From: Myxococcales bacterium
GTDB taxonomy: Bacteria > Myxococcota_A > Polyangia > Nannocystales > Nannocystaceae
Direction: 5' to 3'
NCBI GenBank assembly: GCA_020633295.1
Contig: JACKDW010000006.1
Span: 270,181 to 334,180 of the forward strand
Length of the DNA: 64,000 nt
The notes beneath the pieces are model-generated. The model ran no database searches. It saw only the letters and a program-made list of their open reading frames with translations, and was not told where the DNA came from. Below, one piece after another: positions 29,636 to 41,404 of the stretch (the first letter of the stretch is position 1; every line of letters starts with the position of its first letter). The translations under genes and the position numbers were made by a program.

Positions 29636-30509
29636 TGGGCGTGCCCTTTCCCGACTCCGCGACCTCAGGGAGGTCTCGATGGCGCACGATGAGGTTCGGA
29701 GCTGGCTCCGAGAGCGGCCGGCCGGTCTCCAGACGCGTCGCCATGGCCTCGACGAGCGCAACAGATCGATGCTGCCCCCCAGTGCAGCCGATCGCAACGG
29801 TCAGATACGAGCGTCCCTCGCGGGCGCTGCGCGGCGCCACGAAGCGAACGACCGCCTCGATGTGCTCCAGCATCGTCGACGCGTCCTCCTGGCCGAGCAC
29901 GAACGACGATACGGACGGCTCGAGCCCGGTCAACGGGCGCAGCGCCGGCACGTTGTACGGGTTGTTGAGGAACCGGACATCAAACACGACGTCCGCCGAG
30001 CTCAGCAGCCCGAACTTAAACCCGAAGGACGACAGCACGAGGTTCATCACGCCGCGCACCCCGTAGCGATCGCGGATGAGCTGGCGCAGGCCGCGAGCTC
30101 CCATCCCGCGGGTGTCGATGATGCTGCTCGCCATGCGCCGCAGCGGCGCGAGCAACGTGACCTCGCGCTCGCTCGCCTGCGGCAAATCGCCGAGCGGGTG
30201 CTTGCGCCGCGTCTCCGAATAGCGCCGCACGATGACGTCGACGGGCGCCTCCAGGAACAGGATCTCGACGCGGTGCCCGGCCGCCCGCAGGCGCCCGTGC
30301 ACCGCCGCGAACTCCGGCAGGTAGCGCGCGTCTCGAGCGTCGATGCAGACCGCGACCCGGCGCCCCTCGTCGACGTCGACGAGCCCCGGCAGGTCCGGCA
30401 GCATCGGCACCGGCAGGTTGTCGACGCAGAAGAAGCCCAGGTCCTCGAGGGCCGCGAGCGCGGTCGACTTCCCCGAACCGCTGAGACCGGTGACGACGAG
30501 CAGCTGCAT
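29592..30509 (-). CDS. rapZ: RNase adapter protein RapZ (YhbJ), a P-loop NTPase
   Basis: MQLLVVTGLSGSGKSTALAALEDLGFFCVDNLP (Walker A) and the C-terminal motif IGCTGGQHRSVALVE are present. The start is the internal ATG at 30509. The long track ORF upstream is junk. Confidence 0.88.
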   Translation of the reverse strand: MQLLVVTGLSGSGKSTALAALEDLGFFCVDNLPVPMLPDLPGLVDVDEGRRVAVCIDARDARYLPEFAAVHGRLRAAGHRVEILFLEAPVDVIVRRYSETRRKHPLGDLPQASEREVTLLAPLRRMASSIIDTRGMGARGLRQLIRDRYGVRGVMNLVLSSFGFKFGLLSSADVVFDVRFLNNPYNVPALRPLTGLEPSVSSFVLGQEDASTMLEHIEAVVRFVAPRSAREGRSYLTVAIGCTGGQHRSVALVEAMATRLETGRPLSEPAPNLIVRHRDLPEVAESGKGTPNASEPPRGAHADHP

Positions 30510-30541
30510 GGCGGACCTCGTGCGCGGCGCGGCGGCGCCCG

Positions 30542-31552
30542 TCACTCGACCTCCGGGATCGGCATGCTCTGGGAGCTGTTGCGCGGGCGCGGCGACGGCA
30601 CCGCCGCCGAGCCCGTGGACGCGAGGATCCGCGCGTTGATCTTGTCCTGGAACTCGCGCGCGGAGTCCCGCCCCCGGTACTTGAGGATCTGGTTGCGCGC
30701 GACGACCTCGATCAGCGACGCGATGTTGCGCCCCGGTCGCAGCGGGATCCGGGCCAGCGGCACGTCCACGCCGAGGATCGGCCAGACCTCGTTCTCGGTG
30801 CCGAGCCGGTCGTAGTCGGCCTCCTCGACGTCGCTGAGCTCGACCACGACCTCGATCTTCTTGTTGTCGCGCACGGCCGCGACCCCGAACAGGTGCGTGA
30901 TGTTCAGGATCCCCATGCCGCGGATCTCCATGTGGTGCTGGTGGATCTCCGTCGCCTCGCCCCACACCGTGTCGGGCGGCCGCACCGTCACCTCGACCAC
31001 GTCGTCGGCGACCAGGCGGTGGCCCTTCATCACCAAGTCCAGCGCCGCCTCGCTCTTGCCCACCCCGCTGCGCCCGATCAGCAGCAGCCCGATGCCGAGC
31101 ACGTCGACGAGCACCCCGTGGATGCTCGCCCGCGGCGCGAGCAGCTCCTCGAGCTTCCGCGTCAGCCGCGAGATGAACGTCGAGCTCATCAGCGGCGTGC
31201 GCATCAGCGGGATCTTGTGGGCGCGCGCGGCGTCCATGAGGATGTCGGGCGCCTCGAGCCCGCGCGTCAGCACCATCCCGCACAGGCCGCGGCCGCAGAA
31301 CTTCTCGAGCCCCTCGATCGCGGCCTCCCGCGAGATGCTCTGGAGGTAGTCGATCTCGGTCAGGCCCATGACCTGCAGGCGATCGGGGAACACGTGCTTC
31401 ACGAAGCCGCACAGCGCGAGGCCGGGCTTCTGGATTCGCGGGCGGGCGATCTTGCGATCAAGCTCCCCCCAGTCCGACAGCAGCTCGAGCTGCAGCTGCT
31501 TCGCGGACTGATCGAGGAGCTGGCCGACCTCGACGGAGGCTTCTCGTCGCAT
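30542..31552 (-). CDS. hprK: HPr kinase/phosphorylase
   Basis: The Walker A motif GRSGVGKSE and the HprK C-terminal signature (LVADD, EIRGMGI) are present. Position between hpf and rapZ matches the conserved cluster. Confidence 0.9.
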   Translation of the reverse strand: MRREASVEVGQLLDQSAKQLQLELLSDWGELDRKIARPRIQKPGLALCGFVKHVFPDRLQVMGLTEIDYLQSISREAAIEGLEKFCGRGLCGMVLTRGLEAPDILMDAARAHKIPLMRTPLMSSTFISRLTRKLEELLAPRASIHGVLVDVLGIGLLLIGRSGVGKSEAALDLVMKGHRLVADDVVEVTVRPPDTVWGEATEIHQHHMEIRGMGILNITHLFGVAAVRDNKKIEVVVELSDVEEADYDRLGTENEVWPILGVDVPLARIPLRPGRNIASLIEVVARNQILKYRGRDSAREFQDKINARILASTGSAAVPSPRPRNSSQSMPIPEVE

Positions 31553-31710
31553 CGCGGGGACTTTACCAGCCGCAGCAACCGGGGTCCGCGCGGGCGAAAT
31601 CGCGGCGGCCGCGGGCGCCGGCGCGCGCCGTTGACAACGCGCCCAAAAAAAACGACCCCGCGACGCACCTGCGGTGCGTCGTCGGGGCGTCGCTCTCGAG
31701 CGCGCGCGCG

Positions 31711-32331
31711 CTAGCCGGTCTCGGCCGTCTCGGCGCTGGGCTCGGGCTGGATCAGCCCGTAGGTCTCGCCGTCCTCGAGCCGGTAGACGACGTTGATCTG
31801 CTCGGTCTCCGGGTTCGTGAACACCCAGAACGCCTTGTGCATCAGGTTCATCTGCATGATCGCCTGATCGGGCGTGAGGCGCTCGGCCTGGAATTCCTTG
31901 GTGTGGACGATCGTCGGCCCGCCGTCGATCGGCGTGACGGAGGCCGGCGTCTCCTCCGGCTGCTGCAGCGCGATCTCGTCCGTGTCGTTCTCGGCCGCGA
32001 TCACGTTGAGGCGCACCTTGGCGCTGCGCCCCTCGTTCTGCTTGTGATGCTTGATGCGCTTCTTGTACCGGCGGACCTGGCGCTCCATCTTGGCGAGCGC
32101 GAGATCGACCGACGAGTACATGTTCTCCGTCGATTCCGAGGCGTGGAGCTGCAGCCCGTTACGCAAGACGACTTCGAACTGCGCGATCTGATTGAACTTG
32201 TGCACGCTGAAGGTGCAGCTGACTTTGAGCGGATCCGCGACATAGCGCTTGATCTTCTCGAGCCGCTCCTCGGCGTAGTTCTGGAGCGCCTGCGAGGTCT
32301 CCATCTGTCGGAAAACGAAGTGTGTCTGCAT
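31711..32331 (-). CDS. hpf: Ribosome hibernation-promoting factor (long HPF / sigma-54 modulation protein)
   Basis: The N-terminal YfiA/HPF domain (FRQMETSQALQNYAEERLEKIKRY...) and the C-terminal dimerisation domain are present. An AAGAGG ribosome-binding site lies 7 nt upstream of the ATG at 32331. The gene is immediately downstream of rpoN. Confidence 0.88.
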   Translation of the reverse strand: MQTHFVFRQMETSQALQNYAEERLEKIKRYVADPLKVSCTFSVHKFNQIAQFEVVLRNGLQLHASESTENMYSSVDLALAKMERQVRRYKKRIKHHKQNEGRSAKVRLNVIAAENDTDEIALQQPEETPASVTPIDGGPTIVHTKEFQAERLTPDQAIMQMNLMHKAFWVFTNPETEQINVVYRLEDGETYGLIQPEPSAETAETG

Positions 32332-32429
32332 GGGTGGCACCTCTTGGAGAGAGTCGCCGGCCCCAGCCTGGGGCCGTCACCCTACAACGTAACGCGAACC
32401 GGCCCCGATGTGACCCCGAATCCCGAGAT

Positions 32430-33914
<1,485 letters not shown>

Positions 33915-34169
33915 CTGGCGTACCTCTCTCGATCTCCTGAAGCGGGCTTCTCTACACCCGTCGGGCCAGCATATCAGATCCGCCCGCCGCGATGGGCGAG
34001 TTGAGCAGGAGCGCGCGCGGGGTCCTGCGGTCCCGCGCCGGCGGGCGCGTCCCGGTCGACGGCGCTCCCCGTACGCGGACGTCGCGGAGCGAATCTGACT
34101 CTTGGTTCACAACTGCACGGCGCCTGACGCCGCCGCGCTCGCCACGCTCGCCCGTCTGGACGCCGCGCG

Positions 34170-35846
<1,677 letters not shown>

Positions 35847-35954
35847 CTACGCAGCTTTCACACGCGCGTGCGCGGGCCCTTCGGCCGGGTTACGCGGAGC
35901 TCGCGTGGTATTGTGGTTAACCCGCGTCTCGTGATCGCGTGGTGTTCGCGTCCG

Positions 35955-37481
35955 CTAGCTTCGCCAGCGCGACGCGCGACGCCAGGCCGAGACGCCGACC
36001 TCTCCGACGTCCGCGCGCGCTCCGCTGACGCGGGCGCGACGAGCGGCGAACACGGCCGCTGCGGCCGCCGCCTTGGCGTCGCGCTCGTCGAGCGTGAGCG
36101 CCTCGGTCAGCGCGGGGTGCTCATCGATGTAGCGCGTCGTGTAGCGCCCGGCGAGGAAGTCGGGCTCGTCGAGCACGCGCAGGTGAAAGGGGATGTTGGT
36201 CGAGATGCCGAGCAGCACCGTCTCATGCAGGGCCTCGCGCATGCGCCCGATCGCGGCCATACGATCGGGCCCCCAGACCGTGAGCTTGGCGATCATCGGG
36301 TCGTAGTGACGCGAGACGACGCTGCCCGAAGAGACAGCCGTGTCAACGCGGATGTGCGCGCCGGTCGGCCAGCGGACCTTGTGCACCGCGCCCGGCGCGG
36401 GCAGGAAGCGGCGCGGATCCTCGGCGTAGAGGCGGCACTCGATCGCGTGCCCGCGCAGCTCCACGTCGCGCTGGCTGTAGCCGAGCGGCTCCCCGGCCGC
36501 GACGCGGATCTGATCCCACACGAGGTCGCGGCCGCAGGTCATCTCGGTCACCGGGTGCTCGACCTGCAGGCGGGTGTTCATCTCGAGGAAGAAGAACTCG
36601 GGTCCGCCGGGCCCCTCTTCGAACAGGAACTCGACCGTGCCCGCGCCGGTGTAGCCCACGGCGCGCGCCGCCTTGACGGCGACCTCGCCCATGGCGGCGC
36701 GCACGCTCGGCGTCATCTGTCCGCTCGGGCTAGGGCACTCCTCCGTGACCTTCTGATGGCGCCGCTGCACCGAGCAGTCGCGCTCGTTGAGGTACACGAC
36801 CTCGCCGTGGGCGTCGGCCATCAGCTGGATCTCGACGTGCCGGGCGCGCATCACCGCGCGCTCCATGAACATGCGACCGTCGCCGAACGCGGCCTTCGCC
36901 TCGCGGCTCGAGGCCTCGAACGCGCGCGCGAGATCGGCCTCGCGGTGGACGATCCGCATGCCCTTCCCGCCGCCGCCGGCGACCGCCTTGAGCATGACCG
37001 GGAAGCCGACGTCACGCGCGGCCGCGAGCGCGGACTCCGAGGTCCCCAGCTCGTTGACGCCCGGCACCACCGGCACGCCCGCGCGCGTCATCGTCTCGCG
37101 CGCGCGCATCTTGTCGCCCATCAATTCCATCGCCCGCGCGGGCGGACCGATGAACGTGATCCCGGCCTCCTCGCAGGCCTGCACGATCACCGGCCGCTCC
37201 GACAGGAAACCGTAGCCAGGATGAATCGCGTCCGCGCCGGTCTCGCGGGCGGCCGCGATGATCCGATCGACGTTCAGGTAGCTCTCGTGCGCAGCCGCGC
37301 CGCCGATGTGCACCGCCTCGTCCGCGCCGAGGCGATGGAGCGCGTCGCGGTCGGGGTCGCTGTAGACGGCGACCGTGCCGATGCCACGCTCAGCGCAGGT
37401 TCGGAACACGCGGAGCGCGATCTCACCGCGATTGGCGACCAGGATCTTGGAGAACGGGGGCTTCGAAGTCGACGCTGCCAT
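35955..37481 (-). CDS. accC: Biotin carboxylase (acetyl-CoA carboxylase subunit)
   Basis: KILVANRGEIALRV and the ATP-grasp motifs are present (GGGGKGMRIV, EMNTRLQVEHPVTE). There is no fused BCCP or carboxyltransferase domain. Confidence 0.88.
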   Translation of the reverse strand: MAASTSKPPFSKILVANRGEIALRVFRTCAERGIGTVAVYSDPDRDALHRLGADEAVHIGGAAAHESYLNVDRIIAAARETGADAIHPGYGFLSERPVIVQACEEAGITFIGPPARAMELMGDKMRARETMTRAGVPVVPGVNELGTSESALAAARDVGFPVMLKAVAGGGGKGMRIVHREADLARAFEASSREAKAAFGDGRMFMERAVMRARHVEIQLMADAHGEVVYLNERDCSVQRRHQKVTEECPSPSGQMTPSVRAAMGEVAVKAARAVGYTGAGTVEFLFEEGPGGPEFFFLEMNTRLQVEHPVTEMTCGRDLVWDQIRVAAGEPLGYSQRDVELRGHAIECRLYAEDPRRFLPAPGAVHKVRWPTGAHIRVDTAVSSGSVVSRHYDPMIAKLTVWGPDRMAAIGRMREALHETVLLGISTNIPFHLRVLDEPDFLAGRYTTRYIDEHPALTEALTLDERDAKAAAAAAVFAARRARVSGARADVGEVGVSAWRRASRWRS

Positions 37482-37796
37482 GGAGCAGCGCCATGCGTAC
37501 CACAGTCACGCGCCCTCGCAGGTTACTCCGGCGTATCAGCGGGCGCGGACGCCTCAGCCGGAACAACGGGCGCTGCTGCCTCCTCGGCGAGCGCCGCCGT
37601 GGCGCCCGCGCCGAGGCTGGACGAGCGGACGCCGTCCTGACCGATCGGCTCGGCGAGGGTTGGCGGCGGCGGCGACGGCCACTGGGCTGGCGGCGCCTTG
37701 CTCACGCACGCAGGCAGCACGAGCGCCACGCTGAGGGCGACCACGATCGCGCGGGGGCGTCGAAGCGCGCCCCCCCGGGACTCGAACGAGCTTCGA

Positions 37797-38336
37797 CTAG
37801 ACCTCGTCGTCCGTCTCGTCGTCGTCGTCGTCGTCGTCATCGTCGTCGTCGTCTTCGACCTCGCCGAGATCAACCTCGGGATCGTCGTCCTCGCCGTCAT
37901 CGACGGCCTCGCTCGCAGCGTTGACGTCAACGGCGTTGTCGTCGTCGTCGGTCTTCTCGTGGTTCTTGGTCCCGAGGCGCTCGAGGTCGGCGGTCAGCTC
38001 CTCGACGTCGCCGCCGACGTCATCGATGCCGTCCTCGTCGCCCTCGATCCCGCCGAAGGCCACGGCCTCGAGGTAGGTGTTGTCGGTGTTCGACGAGCGC
38101 AGCTTGCTGCGCTGCTCGTCGATGAAGGCCTCGAGGATCCCGTCGACCGACTCGACGTAGCGCACGCGATCGGCGCTAATCTCGCGCAGCGCGGTCACGG
38201 CCTGCTTGTTGTCACAATGGATAAGGGGAGTCCCCCGGTTCTCCAGCAACGCACGGGCCCGCCGAGAGGCGAGGATCGTCAGCGCGAACCGGTTGGGGAT
38301 CTTTTCGAGACAGTCTTCTACCGTGACACGAGCCAT
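37797..38336 (-). CDS. rpoZ: DNA-directed RNA polymerase subunit omega with a ~100 aa acidic C-terminal extension ending in poly-Asp
   Basis: The canonical omega start [30 protein letters not shown] uses the ATG at 38336. The tail is Asp/Glu-rich and contains D12 ([21 protein letters not shown]). Confidence 0.8.
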   Translation of the reverse strand: MARVTVEDCLEKIPNRFALTILASRRARALLENRGTPLIHCDNKQAVTALREISADRVRYVESVDGILEAFIDEQRSKLRSSNTDNTYLEAVAFGGIEGDEDGIDDVGGDVEELTADLERLGTKNHEKTDDDDNAVDVNAASEAVDDGEDDDPEVDLGEVEDDDDDDDDDDDDETDDEV

Positions 38337-38449
38337 GGGCCGACGGAGTATGGGGGCCGCTCGAGTTTTCAGCAAGCCCAGACGGCGAATTCGCGCGTCC
38401 CGCGGCGAAGCGCCCGCGTCATGAGTCTGCTCATGACGCCGGTCGGATC

Positions 38450-38881
38450 CTACATCTCGATCAGCAGCTGCTGCCCGCGCTCGCGCAGCTCAATGCTGTC
38501 GCTCACCCAGCGGATGAACTGGGCGGCGTGCCCCTTGTCGAACTCGAAGGCCTCGGCCAACTCGAGCAGCGCGTCGACCTCCCCCTCGACCAACTTGTTG
38601 TCGGCGAAGGCGGCGCAGACGGCCTGGTAGAACAGGAAGATCCGGGCCTCGCGGTGACGCACGCGCGTCGCCACGTCGAGCAGATCACTCGGCGACATGA
38701 ACTCGCGGCGCACGAGATCGCGCTCCTCGGGCAGGAGCATCATCTGGCCCATCAGCTCCTCGACGAAGTGCCGCTCGCTGTCCGAGACCTGATCATCCCT
38801 GGACGCCATGATCGCCACCGCGCGGGCTACGGCGACCTGCTCCTCGGGCGTGATCAGTTCTGCGATCGGAAAGTCGAGCAT
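38450..38881 (-). CDS. TerB-like (tellurite-resistance TerB / DjlA-N-type) domain protein
   Basis: The protein is 143 aa and acidic. The segment ...[15 protein letters not shown]...[17 protein letters not shown] resembles TerB-fold proteins. Family-level call at low confidence. Confidence 0.5.
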   Translation of the reverse strand: MLDFPIAELITPEEQVAVARAVAIMASRDDQVSDSERHFVEELMGQMMLLPEERDLVRREFMSPSDLLDVATRVRHREARIFLFYQAVCAAFADNKLVEGEVDALLELAEAFEFDKGHAAQFIRWVSDSIELRERGQQLLIEM

Positions 38882-39080
38882 GGGCTTTCTCCAGTTCGGC
38901 CCCAGGCTAACGCAAAGCGGGTGCGGTGACTAGCGAGCCTCCCCCGCCGCCTCGTGAAGGACAACACACGGGCGTGCGCCGCCCCGACGACGCGAGATCG
39001 ACCCGGCGCGGGCGCAATTGCGACCACGCGATTGCCGCTCTTTCGCCCGGGCCTCGGGGCCGAGCTCGGATGAGCGCTCG

Positions 39081-40742
39081 CTACTCGTCGCGCGCGACCA
39101 GGGCCCGCACCGCGGGGTCGTGGAACATCTTCTGCGGCGCGACCACGATCGACGCCTCGTGGTCGTCGTGCACGTAGGTCATCGCTACCTCGGCGAGCGC
39201 GTCGTGATCGAGCCCGGGAGGCAGCGGCGCGAGGACGTTGATCGCCGGGTAGTGCGGACGCTCGCCGACGACGGCCGCCTCGTGCACGACCTGACCGTCG
39301 CCGAGCTCAAAGCGCACCGAGTGCGTGGCGCTGCGCGCCTCATCCTGCGCGAACGAGCCGGGCGCGGTCCACCACTCGGAGTCCCCGTTCGGCTCGATCA
39401 CGCCGATCAGCACGCCGTCGCCGTCTGGCTCGACCGGCGCGTCCTCGAGCTCCCAGCTGCTCAGCAGCGAGATGCGCTGGTAGGTCGCGTTCCACTGCCA
39501 ATCGGAGCACCACGTCGGACCGCAGTAGCTCATGTAGTCGACCGTCGCGGTCGGGTGGCGGAGCTGGAAGTCGCGGATGCCGAAGCCCCACACGTTGATG
39601 ATCCCGTTGTCGTAGGGGTAGCTGCCGTCGGTCCCGGCGGCGCCGCCGTTCGGGCAGTAGATGTGACGGCGCCCCTGCGTGTGCCCGACCTCGTGCACGA
39701 AGGTGTCGAGCGTCGCGCCGTCGGTGCTGAGCAGCTGCCCCGCCGAGACCCGGAGGTTGGCGTTCTGCTTGCTGTCGCCGGTGATGCCGGCGGCGAGGCC
39801 TACGGTGCAGCCGCCCCCCGGACCGTCGCCGGTGCCGATGCACCCGCCGCAGCTGTCGAACAGCCCGTAGTAGTAGATCCACGGCTGCGGGTTCTCGGCC
39901 GCGCGCAGCTGCGCGATGTCGTTGACCAGGTTGTTCAGGCCGGAGAACGAGGTCATCGAGTAGGTGACCTCGAAGGGCTCGTGGATCGTGATCTCGACCT
40001 CGTCGGCCGGGTTCTCCTGCAGCAGCGCGTCGCGCATGAGCGGCTGCCAGTACTCCGGATCGACGTTGGCCGCGCAGCTGCCGTTGGAGTAGTGAACCGG
40101 CACGAGCACCACGCGGAGCTTCTGGTAGCTGTTCTCGACGCCCACGATCACCGAGTCATCCGCGTTGACCGGCAGCCGCGGCGGCGGGTCCGGCTCCGGC
40201 GTGTCCTCCTGACCCCACTCGGCCTCCCACAGGCTCAACCTGTACCGCACGCCAGGCTGAGCGTCGTCGGCCAGCAACCCGAAGTACGGGCCCGTGGTCA
40301 GCCCGCCCGCGAAGGTGTCGGCCTCGATCAGGAAGGTGTCGCTGAGCTCCTTCTCGGTGCCGTCCTTGAAGAGGAGCGTGAGGCGAGCCTCGAGCTTGCG
40401 CGCGACCCAGTTGTCGCCGACGTCGAGGAACACGCGGATTAACATGTCGCGGTTCGCCGGGATGTACGCGTTGCGCATGGCCCCCGGGACCTCGCCGCCG
40501 TCGAGCCCGATCGGCACCGCGACGCCCGGGTTGGCCTCGACCCGCACGATGCTCACGTCGCGCGCGGGGATCGGCACGAACGGCGGGCCGGTGGTCGCGT
40601 CGGTCTCGCCGCCGCTCGAGCCCGCGCTGGGGTCGTCGGTGGTGCCGCTGTCGCTGTCCGTCGTCTCAGACGTCGAGGGCGCGCACGCGGCGACGCAGAG
40701 CGAGAGAAGACCAAGCCCAATTCGAGACGACGAACGCACCAT
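39081..40742 (-). CDS. Secreted zinc metalloprotease lipoprotein (HEVGH motif)
   Basis: A lipoprotein signal MVRSSSRIGLGLLSLCVAACA carries the lipobox. An Asp/Thr/Ser-rich linker is followed by a catalytic HExxH (FVHEVGHTQGRRHIY). I prefer the ATG at 40742 over the TTG at 40778. Confidence 0.65.
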   Translation of the reverse strand: MVRSSSRIGLGLLSLCVAACAPSTSETTDSDSGTTDDPSAGSSGGETDATTGPPFVPIPARDVSIVRVEANPGVAVPIGLDGGEVPGAMRNAYIPANRDMLIRVFLDVGDNWVARKLEARLTLLFKDGTEKELSDTFLIEADTFAGGLTTGPYFGLLADDAQPGVRYRLSLWEAEWGQEDTPEPDPPPRLPVNADDSVIVGVENSYQKLRVVLVPVHYSNGSCAANVDPEYWQPLMRDALLQENPADEVEITIHEPFEVTYSMTSFSGLNNLVNDIAQLRAAENPQPWIYYYGLFDSCGGCIGTGDGPGGGCTVGLAAGITGDSKQNANLRVSAGQLLSTDGATLDTFVHEVGHTQGRRHIYCPNGGAAGTDGSYPYDNGIINVWGFGIRDFQLRHPTATVDYMSYCGPTWCSDWQWNATYQRISLLSSWELEDAPVEPDGDGVLIGVIEPNGDSEWWTAPGSFAQDEARSATHSVRFELGDGQVVHEAAVVGERPHYPAINVLAPLPPGLDHDALAEVAMTYVHDDHEASIVVAPQKMFHDPAVRALVARDE

Positions 40743-41029
40743 GAAAAACACGTTAGAGATTTCACATCGGCATTGCAACGCCTAGAGCCCCCAAGGCACG
40801 GATTTCGACGAAACACTGGTCCCCACGACGATCCCTGGAGGGTGATTCCCCGCGGCGCGCGTCTCCACCGCGTTCGTCAAATCCTGCGTGAGCTTTGTTC
40901 CGATCATGAACGGCGTCTTCGCGCCACGACGAGACGTACAGTGCGGCCACCTCGAGCACGACATCGCCCAGCAGGTGTCCCCGGAACCATTCACGAACGA
41001 ACGACAGCTTCCGCGCGCGGTGTGATCAG

Positions 41030-41185
41030 CTCGTCTGATCGCCGAAGAGGGAAATCGGTTTAATGCCGATGCGGCTCCCGCCACTGTAAGTGGACACGAG
41101 ATCGACACGAGCCACTGGGCGCATCGCCTGGGAAGGCGTCGATCGAGGATGACCCACAAGCCAGGAGACCTGCCGCGCGCACCCC
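41030..41185 (+). ncRNA. Cobalamin (adenosylcobalamin) riboswitch
   Basis: AAGAGGGAAATCGGTTTAATGCCGATGCGGCTCCCGCCACTGTAAG...GAGCCACTGGG...TGGGAAGGCG...AAGCCAGGAGACCTGCCG matches the conserved cobalamin-riboswitch core. The B12-box AGCCAGGAGACCTGCC is at 41159-41174. It lies upstream of a TonB-dependent receptor. Confidence 0.88.
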
Positions 41186-41404
41186 TTCTCGGGCTCGTGA
41201 GCCCGACGCGGAGCCCACGGGAGTACTGGGCCGGGACCACGGGCGCGCCCGCCCGCCCGGGGAACACCCCACCTGCCCCCTCGCGCCGCGAGATTTCCCC
41301 CTCGCCGGTCGGAGGCAGGTATCGCACACCGCGCAACATCTCGGGCTTCTACGCCGCCGCGAGCGCCGCCAGACGAGCGCAGGACGATCGCTAAGAAGTG
41401 CGTC

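Noticed and set aside
32335-32350. A TGGCAC-N5-TTGGA sigma-54 promoter-like string near the hpf start
   Set aside because: It lies on the opposite strand relative to hpf and rpoN transcription. The -12 element is GA rather than GC. It is likely coincidental.
40779-41029. The 250 bp stretch upstream of the riboswitch, as a possible small ORF or sRNA
   Set aside because: It has no ORF with an RBS, no terminator-like structure, and no conserved motif beyond the promoter region for the riboswitch-led operon.
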